Positions 55,635 through 64,000 of a DNA stretch of 64,000 bases are shown here, piece after piece. This DNA is from the human T2T-CHM13v2.0 reference genome, Homo sapiens. The DNA is taken from the NCBI RefSeq assembly GCF_009914755.1, contig NC_060930.1. One strand, 5' to 3'. The notes beneath the pieces were generated by a model, which worked only from the letters and a program-made list of their open reading frames with translations, had not been told where the DNA came from and searched no databases. The position numbers and the translations under genes are program-made. Each line of letters begins with the position of its first letter. The first letter of the stretch is position 1.

Positions 55635-56804
55635 CTTGCACATGTACCCTCTGAATCTAAAATAAAAGTTAAAATTATATATATAAAAAAAGAGTGACAT
55701 GTTGCTGAGAATTTCTAGCACTGAGGAAAGTAAAAATGGGTTTAAAGGAGCTGTTAATCATTATTTCTTGTCAATGAAGACTGGTGGTATTTCTGTGTCT
55801 GTGCCCTTCCTAGTTAATCAATTATATCTGTAGAAAACATTTATGTTGCATTGATGAGAATTTATTTCAAGATTTTTTTCTTAGGCAATTAGGCACAAAT
55901 GTAACAGACTGTAGCAAGTCCTATAACTGTATTTTTTCACCAGACCAGTGTGCTTGGATTCTGTCACATCCTATTTTTCTTTGTGTTAAAGGATTCGTGA
56001 AGATGATGATTATAGGAAAGAAGTATTTTTCGTAATTATTCTTGCTTGTTAAACAGTCTCAGAGAGAGGGCTGGGTTGGGGTGGGGACAGTGATAAAGAT
56101 AGGTAGAAATAAGTATGTATGTGTATGTTTAATGGATAGCCCTGCTTAAAGAACTGTATTTTTAAAAATTTTGATGACTAGAAGTATTTGGCAACAGGTA
56201 GAAAACACTTGTTTAAAATTTACAGTTAATTTCCCATCTTAGAAAACAGAGCATCAATACAGCTTTGGAGCACAGACTCATCTTCATTTTTGCAGGGAAA
56301 TCAATAGAATAGCAAAATGACCATTCAAATATATTGCAATTTTACATTCTTTGTTATTCTCAAAGAAATCATGAAGTTACCAGAAATACAAATATCTACA
56401 TTAAGTCTTACACTTTGGCAGTGAAATTGTAACATTATATTGAAATGAGACTGCATCTGAAAGCTTTTCACGTTGGGAGTAATGGTGTTGGGGAAAGCAG
56501 AGGTTAATTGAGGCAGAGAACCTGAACCACAGTTTGTAGAGTTTTATTTGGGTGTGGTGGTGGGGGTTTGCGAGTGGCTTGCACAAGATGATGAATGGAC
56601 AGGATATACTAAATACTCAGTTTTTGAATATTGCTTTTTGTAAAAGGAAGTTTTTATCTGGAAATAATTTTAAAGCTACAGAAATTTGTGCAAGATTGTG
56701 CAAAGCACATTTATATTCCCTTTACCTAGATTCACCTATTTGAACTTTGCTCCATTTGCTCTAACATTTGTTCTCTCTCTCCATCTTTATCCCTGTGTAT
56801 GTAC

Positions 56805-57926
56805 TGTGGCAGGAAGTCAGGGACCCTGAATGGAGAGACTGGCTGGAGCTGCGGCAGAGGAACATAAATTGTGAAGATTTCATTTTAATATGGACATATA
56901 TCAGTTCCCAAAATTAATACTTTTATAATTTCTTATGCCTGTCTTTACTTCAATCTCTGAACATAAATTGTGAAGATTTCATTTTAATATGGACATTTAT
57001 CAGTTCCCAAAATTAATACTTTTATAATTTTTTATGCCTGTCTTATTTTAATCTCTTAATCCTGTTATCTTCATAAACTGAGGATGTACGTTACCTCAGG
57101 ACCACTGGGATGTATCTAACTGTACAAATTGATTGTAAAACATGTGAGTTTGAACAATATGAAATCAGTGCTCCTTGAAAAAGAACAGAATAACAGTGAT
57201 TTTTAGGGAACAAGGGAAGACAACCATAAGGTCTGACTGCCTGTGGGGTCGGGCAAAAAGAGCCATATTTTTCTTCTTGCAGAAAGCCTATAAACAGATG
57301 TGCAAGTAGAAGAGATATCACTAAATTCTTTTCCTGGCAAGGAATATTAATATTAAGACTCTAGGAAAAGAATTGCATTCCTGTGGGGAGGTCTATAAAT
57401 GGCTGCTCTGGGAGGGTCTGTCTTATGCGGTTGAGATAAGGACTGAAATATGCCCTGGTCTCCTGCAGTACCCTCAGGCTTACTAGGGTGGGGAAAAATC
57501 CCATCCTGGTGAATTTGAGGTCAGACTGGTTCTCTGCTCTTGAACCCTGTTTTCTGTTAAGATGTTTATCAAGACGATATGTGCACCACTGAACATAGAC
57601 CCTTATCAGGAGTTTCTGATTTTGCCCTGGTCCTGTTTCCTCAAAAGCATGTGATCTTTGTTCTCCTTTTTGTCCTTTGAAGCATGCGATCTTTGTGACC
57701 TCTCCCTGTTTGTACACCCCCTCCCCTTTTGAAGTTGTTAATAAAAACCTGCTGGTTTTGTGGCTCAGAGGGGCATCACGGTCCTACCAATATGTGATGT
57801 CACCCCCAGAGGCCCAGCTGTAAAATTCCTCTCTTTGTACTCTTTCTCTTTATTTCTCAGCTGGCCAACACTTATGAAAAATAGGAAGAACCTACGTTGA
57901 AATATTGGGGGCAGATTCCCCCGATA
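56805..57926 (+). mobile_element. MER11-family (HERV-K11/HML-8) solo LTR
   Basis: TGTGGCAGGAAGTCAGGGACCC...TTCCCCCGATA, internal ~100-bp direct repeat, 6-bp TSD ATGTAC/ATATAC. Confidence 0.92.
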
Positions 57927-58127
57927 ATATACAGTTTTTTTGGAGTCATCTGAGAGTAAGTTGAGGCCTAAATATTTCAGCAATTTAACATTTTTTTGTT
58001 TATACAAGGACATAAAAATCAAGCAATCAGCAATTTAACATTGATAAAATATCTTTACCAAGTACCACCCATATTCTAATTTTGTCAGTTGACCTAGTAA
58101 GGCACTCCATTCTAGGATCACATACTT

Positions 58128-58396
<269 letters not shown>

Positions 58397-58950
58397 ATTC
58401 TCTTGCTCTTTAGTCTCCTTTATTCTGGAGAAGTTCTTTAGGCTTTTACAACATTAACATTTTTGAAGAATATAACTTCAACCCCCACTGCCCTCCACCC
58501 TTCTAAAAATAGGATGTTTCTCAACTTGGGTTTGTCTGAAATTTCTTCATGATTAAATCCAGGTTATGCATTCCTGACTGGAATACCATGTACAGTATAT
58601 TTTGTGCATCTCATAGTATCTTATCCAGAGGCATACCTGGCCATCTGCCCTTCATTGGGGATATTAATTTTGATCACCTTGTCAGGGTCTTGTTTGATGT
58701 CTCCACTATATAGCTACTATTTTTTCTTTTGCAGCTAATAAGCAATTTCTGGGAAACACTTTAAACCATATAAGTACTACCTGATTCTCATAAAACTCCA
58801 CCCCTCCTCAATTTAGCATCTAGTGATGATTGTTGCCTAAATCAATATTAACGTGACGGTTCCAAAACAATAATGTTTCAAATTTATACTCTCTTCATAT
58901 GTATCAGTTAGCACTTTGCATTCTATTGTAAGAAAGAGTTTTCATTTGTC

Positions 58951-58981
58951 ATCTATCTATCTATCTATCTATCTATCTATT
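58951..58981 (+). repeat. (ATCT)n tetranucleotide microsatellite
   Basis: atct x7. Confidence 0.9.
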
Positions 58982-59971
58982 TATCAATCATTTTATCTAT
59001 ATCTGATTAGTGTGGCATCATTGATTCTTTTTCAGTGTTTTATACTTTTTATTCCCCCTAATCATATAAGGACCCAAATTGTCCCACATTCAGTCAGTAG
59101 GAGCTCATTTATGCTAGCAACATCGTTCTTATGAAATACCCCAACATTTAAAAAAACTTTCTTAATTTTTGGCATCCAAATGTGTTCCAGTTTCCTCCTG
59201 TAGTTCCTTCCCTGTCCCATGCAGGAATGAATCATTTCTTTGAATAATAAAGAAGCCCTAGTTGCTCTTACTGGATAAAGGTATTAAACACCAAGATGTG
59301 GGGCTTAGGGATGCACCTTGCTACTCAAGTGTCTTGGCTTCCAGGAATGGGCCAGTTTTAAGACACTCTACGAGACTAAAGGCTGCTATTTTAGGGCTCA
59401 AGTATAAAAAACTGAGGAAAGTGGTCACTATCTTTTTGCACAACAGCATCCTCAATTGGGTGTTAGGGAAGTGGGGATTTTTAAAGTTTAGGAAAATAGC
59501 ATTCTTTAAATAGACATTCAGAATCTCAGGCAGGGCACCACGTATGTGGCAGTGGTGGAATTTTTTTAGCCATTTTGAGAGTAAAACAAGAGATGCAGTG
59601 GACCTTATCAGGAGACCTGGGGAAGAAGAGGAGAACATGGGGGTATGGAATGTGATTTTATTGGGTAGACTGACTTGTGTGCACACAGATGCACTTTTCT
59701 GAGGAATCCTAGGAGTAACAAGGAGACATTTTGCAAGGAGGAGATTAAGTCTTGTGCCATCAAACTAGTGAGGGCTCTGGTAAGAAAGAACTGGGAAATA
59801 AAAGTAAAAATAAATTGATTTAAAACTCATAGATCAGTGAAGCCAGAAAATACTAGAGAAACCTGAAAATACCTGTACACACACCTGTATACACACAAAC
59901 ACACACACACAAAATTTAAAATTCACAGACTAGTGAAGCCTATTACCTAAAAACTGTAGCCTTATAAAGAA

Positions 59972-60036
59972 AAGCTCAGTCCTCCTCAGAGAGTTACAAG
60001 GAAAGAGTAGCCATTTATTTAGGAATATATTTGACT
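59972..60036 (+). repeat. Chimeric templated copy of TAAR9 CDS (61953-61992) and upstream sequence (60968-60995)
   Basis: 40/40 and 27/28 identity by direct comparison; the two parts overlap by AGC. Confidence 0.93.
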
Positions 60037-61243
60037 TATGTGTATGCATGTAACCTTTTCTAGGAATCTGTACTTTCAACAGAGCCCAGACCCATGGCAT
60101 AGGGTTAATGCCAATAAAAGTAGTTCAGTCTCTAGCTCAAAGATTAAGATTCCAATGCAAGGTTGCACTTATTCATGGTTAAATGAAGTAAAACCATTCA
60201 CTGTTGTTAGGTGAACTCTTTAAACCTTCTTAAGACCCTAAGCTTCAGTATACGAACAGACTCATACACCTAGAGAAATCAAGTTGGTCTCTATTTGCAC
60301 CTTGGATGACTCAGCATGAATCTATTCTTCAAGGATATGGCTTATTTAAAAACATCCCTCCGGTCCACCCCAGTTTTTGTCTATTCTTCTGTGATAGGTT
60401 TAAAACTACACCGTTTTTCTAAGGATGGGAAGGTAAGATGTTAGGTGAGTTATTGCTTATTTTAATTATTAATTTTAGACACCTAACACTGCCTATTAGC
60501 CTGGAAAATACTTTTACACTGACTAATATCAGTTCAATAAGATTTTTTCTCTAAATCATCTCAAGCTGTCTGAATCGTGAAAGAATATGAAAAGAAAAAA
60601 AATACAAATTCTGAAAACATAAGTAGTAGAAGAAATGTGTTCCTAAAGTAAGTTTAAAGCTATTATGAGGAAACTTTTCCTTAATCTTCACACTCCATAC
60701 CATAGGGATTTTGAAGGTATAGTTTGAAGGAGATGTAATTTACCTCTTCCTTCATGAATAAATGAAGCATAGTTTGTCATTACTGCTAAAGTGCTGCTCA
60801 GGGGAGATAATGTAAGAAATAAAGCTCAGCCTTTGATAGCCTAATTACTTCTCAACTGTGGTGGTTATAGATGAGATTTTTCAGAAGATAAACTAACACA
60901 CAAGAAAATAATTTTTTAATGATTAGTAAATTTTATATATATATCTCATTGGACTAAGTGTATTGCCAGCCATTTAATTAGGAATATATTTGACTATATT
61001 TTTAATGGCTTTCTGCAACATATTTCCACTCTAAATATATTAAAATGTGAATGTGGGAACACTTTTTAGAAAGATCAAGACGTTATAGTTAATATGGAAA
61101 AGCACTGGTAGAAAAATCACAAACTTTTATCATTTTAACTGGAGATATTTTCCCCTCCTAGAAGACTTTGAAATTGCTTCCTTTTAAAAAAATTTTTGAA
61201 AGCAGGAATTTGAGAACTTTAAAATAGTTCAAACAAGAAAGCA

Positions 61244-62290
61244 ATGGTGAACAATTTCTCCCAAGCTGAGGCTGTGGAGCTGTGTTACAAGAACGTGAAC
61301 GAATCCTGCATTAAAACTCCTTACTCGCCAGGTCCTCGATCTATCCTCTACGCCGTCCTTGGTTTTGGGGCTGTGCTGGCAGCGTTTGGAAACTTACTGG
61401 TCATGATTGCTATCCTTCACTTCAAACAACTGCACACACCTACAAACTTTCTGATTGCGTCGCTGGCCTGTGCTGACTTCTTGGTGGGAGTCACTGTGAT
61501 GCCCTTCAGCACAGTGAGGTCTGTGGAGAGCTGTTGGTACTTTGGGGACAGTTACTGTAAATTCCATACATGTTTTGACACATCCTTCTGTTTTGCTTCT
61601 TTATTTCATTTATGCTGTATCTCTGTTGATAGATACATTGCTGTTACTGATCCTCTGACCTATCCAACCAAGTTTACTGTGTCAGTTTCAGGGATATGCA
61701 TTGTTCTTTCCTGGTTCTTTTCTGTCACATACAGCTTTTCGATCTTTTACACGGGAGCCAACGAAGAAGGAATTGAGGAATTAGTAGTTGCTCTAACCTG
61801 TGTAGGAGGCTGCCAGGCTCCACTGAATCAAAACTGGGTCCTACTTTGTTTTCTTCTATTCTTTATACCCAATGTCGCCATGGTGTTTATATACAGTAAG
61901 ATATTTTTGGTGGCCAAGCATCAGGCTAGGAAGATAGAAAGTACAGCCAGCCAAGCTCAGTCCTCCTCAGAGAGTTACAAGGAAAGAGTAGCAAAAAGAG
62001 AGAGAAAGGCTGCCAAAACCTTGGGAATTGCTATGGCAGCATTTCTTGTCTCTTGGCTACCATACCTCGTTGATGCAGTGATTGATGCTTATATGAATTT
62101 TATAACTCCTCCTTATGTTTATGAGATTTTAGTTTGGTGTGTTTATTATAATTCAGCTATGAACCCCTTGATTTATGCTTTCTTTTACCAATGGTTTGGG
62201 AAGGCAATAAAACTTATTGTAAGCGGCAAGGTCTTAAGGACTGATTCGTCAACAACTAATTTATTTTCTGAAGAAGTAGAGACAGATTAA
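61244..62290 (+). CDS. TAAR9: Trace amine-associated receptor 9, intronless class A GPCR, 348 aa, intact allele
   Basis: N-terminus [22 protein letters not shown] recognised. 7TM pattern with GN (TM1), LACAD (TM2), D112 (3.32), DRY 129-131, SWLP (W271, 6.48) and TAAR signature [16 protein letters not shown]. Codon 61 (61424-61426) is AAA. Confidence 0.98.
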   Translation: MVNNFSQAEAVELCYKNVNESCIKTPYSPGPRSILYAVLGFGAVLAAFGNLLVMIAILHFKQLHTPTNFLIASLACADFLVGVTVMPFSTVRSVESCWYFGDSYCKFHTCFDTSFCFASLFHLCCISVDRYIAVTDPLTYPTKFTVSVSGICIVLSWFFSVTYSFSIFYTGANEEGIEELVVALTCVGGCQAPLNQNWVLLCFLLFFIPNVAMVFIYSKIFLVAKHQARKIESTASQAQSSSESYKERVAKRERKAAKTLGIAMAAFLVSWLPYLVDAVIDAYMNFITPPYVYEILVWCVYYNSAMNPLIYAFFYQWFGKAIKLIVSGKVLRTDSSTTNLFSEEVETD

Positions 62291-62343
62291 AAACATTACT
62301 GTAGAGACCTCAAAACTAACTTGAAATTAAGGTCAAGTGCAAA

Positions 62344-62349
62344 AATAAA
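62344..62349 (+). terminator. Candidate TAAR9 polyadenylation signal
   Basis: AATAAA 54 nt after the stop codon; usage not shown. Confidence 0.4.
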
Positions 62350-64000
62350 CACTTGGATATAGAGAGGCAAGCATGATCATATGCCAAGTTGTAGGACAAT
62401 ACATTCAACAGTTGTTCTAAAGCATTTGTTGTCTTCATGTATTTTGACATATTTTAGATTTAGTGATAAGTGAATAAGATTTGCTGATTCTTTTCCATTT
62501 AGCATTCTTTTATGGTTTTCTGGTTCCCTACTTTCTTCTCTGAGATTCCTACTCGTATCTTCAAATATTTTCAAGTTTTGTAGTTTCTCCCACACTCATG
62601 ATCAGTGTTCAGCTGTCCAAAATACACAAAGGGGAAAGTAAAGCTCCTGCTTTACTTATAAGTTAGATTCTCTGAGGACAAAAATCTTTGACGTATATCT
62701 TGCTTGAGAAGTAGACACAGTATTATAAATTCTTGAAACTTTATTTTAATGTAAAAAGACTTTATAGAGAGCTGGAATGCAGAACTTTCTAGTGCTCAGA
62801 GATCATCTGAAAAATGCTTGAGCACTTTTATTTTCTGAACCCTGGCAGTTCTTCCTGCTCATTTTACAAAGACTGTGTTAGCAAAGAAAATGTTTAATGA
62901 TTATGTGAATACACACTACATCTTACTTTTGGAGAATATAATTTATTATTGTGGAATAAGCATGTGAACAAAACGATGGTTTCTGTAGTTCTTTTTTTAG
63001 TAATTTTAAATAAAATAAGAATTTTTAAAAGCCAATTCAAATGAGCAGTTTTTCACTTTTGAGGTCTTACTTTGAACCAGATATTGTATTTGGCATTGAA
63101 ATTGTATAAAGCTGAGTAATCCAAATATAACAAAGGATTGTTTCAAAATAGCAAATATCCAAATTGGTATTATACACTCTAGGAACAGCTTCAGTTTTCC
63201 CATCTGATTATACATTTCTCAATCAATATAAATTTTAATTCTTTTTAATTACAAGTATACATTAAGTGTTTCCAGCTACAGTCAAAATTTGAAAAGACAA
63301 ATAATAAAATGGTTTCCCTTCTCAAATCCCTGAATCACTGCCTGAAATCTTTGTTTAGGTAGCTGATTTTCCCAGACAATTCTGTAATAGGTTTGTTTTA
63401 TAAAATGAAAAGAAAAAGTAACTGAGTAAATGGAGCTACACACACATTACATATCATACATTTTATAGATGAACCAGTTTGGAAATACTTTACACAAGAT
63501 TAAGCTGTTTCCTATTTGTGTGTTAATACCTTTCAAAAAGATCAGAGACTATTTAGGAGGAAAATAATTAAAGGTAAAAGAGGACAAAAGGAAGATGCAA
63601 GTCTTCATAGCAGGGTACCTATTTGTGGTTCAGATAATACTGCCAAGGAACAGCTTTATTGATCAACTTTCAAATGCTCACAGTTAAGGTCCCGTATTCT
63701 CCTTCTTTAAAAAGGAGCTCAAGAACTTGGGAGTCAGGTAATGTCTTTATAGAAATGTGAGTTCCTTCCTTCAATTCCAAGTGTGAACTTACATTAACAC
63801 ATAAAAAAAAGGAAAACAATTTGGGCGGACTTTAAAAATATATACCATTCCATTTACTTGTACTATGTAGAGTGTAATCTTTAGATGAACTGATTGCAGA
63901 AATAAATACTGTACAGTGATATTTCCAAGATCTATCCACATCATAATGGAGAATACACTTCCAATCTACTCTTTCTTGTTTATTTTCTTTTCCTCTTCTC

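Noticed and set aside
56856-57045. ~100-bp direct repeat as a novel duplication
   Set aside because: As I recall, this repeat is part of the normal MER11 LTR structure.
59972-60036. Chimera as a retro-inserted TAAR9 circRNA back-splice junction
   Set aside because: An AG precedes 60970, but no GT follows 61991/61992, and there is no poly-A or TSD. DNA-level microhomology fits better.

Overview
Human (or near-identical great-ape) DNA that I recognise as chr6q23.2. The left ~36 kb is the 5' end of STX7 (syntaxin-7) on the minus strand: CpG-island promoter, non-coding exon 1 (donor at 35980/35979), exon 2 (26430-26572, with the ATG) and most of intron 2. Exon 3 lies left of the window. The right end holds intronless TAAR9 (61244-62290, +), here with the intact Lys61 codon rather than the known K61-stop allele. 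The rest is mostly transposon debris: Alu, L1, L2, MIR, ERV-L, a MER57 provirus, MER11/THE1/MLT2A LTRs, MADE1, MER2 and MER58, plus an RPL21 processed pseudogene. Most short ORFs in the track are repeat noise. Best unexplained signals: (1) a 65-bp chimera 1.2 kb upstream of TAAR9, made of a perfect 40-bp copy of TAAR9 coding sequence joined through AGC microhomology to a 28-bp copy of its upstream region; (2) an overlapping out-of-frame uORF in STX7 exon 2; (3) two strong, divergently oriented CTCF motifs; (4) a rearranged MADE1 long hairpin in STX7 intron 1; (5) an older local duplication and deletion scars. I found no convincing new multi-gene system. Repeat subfamily names come from remembered consensus sequences, and old-repeat boundaries are approximate.
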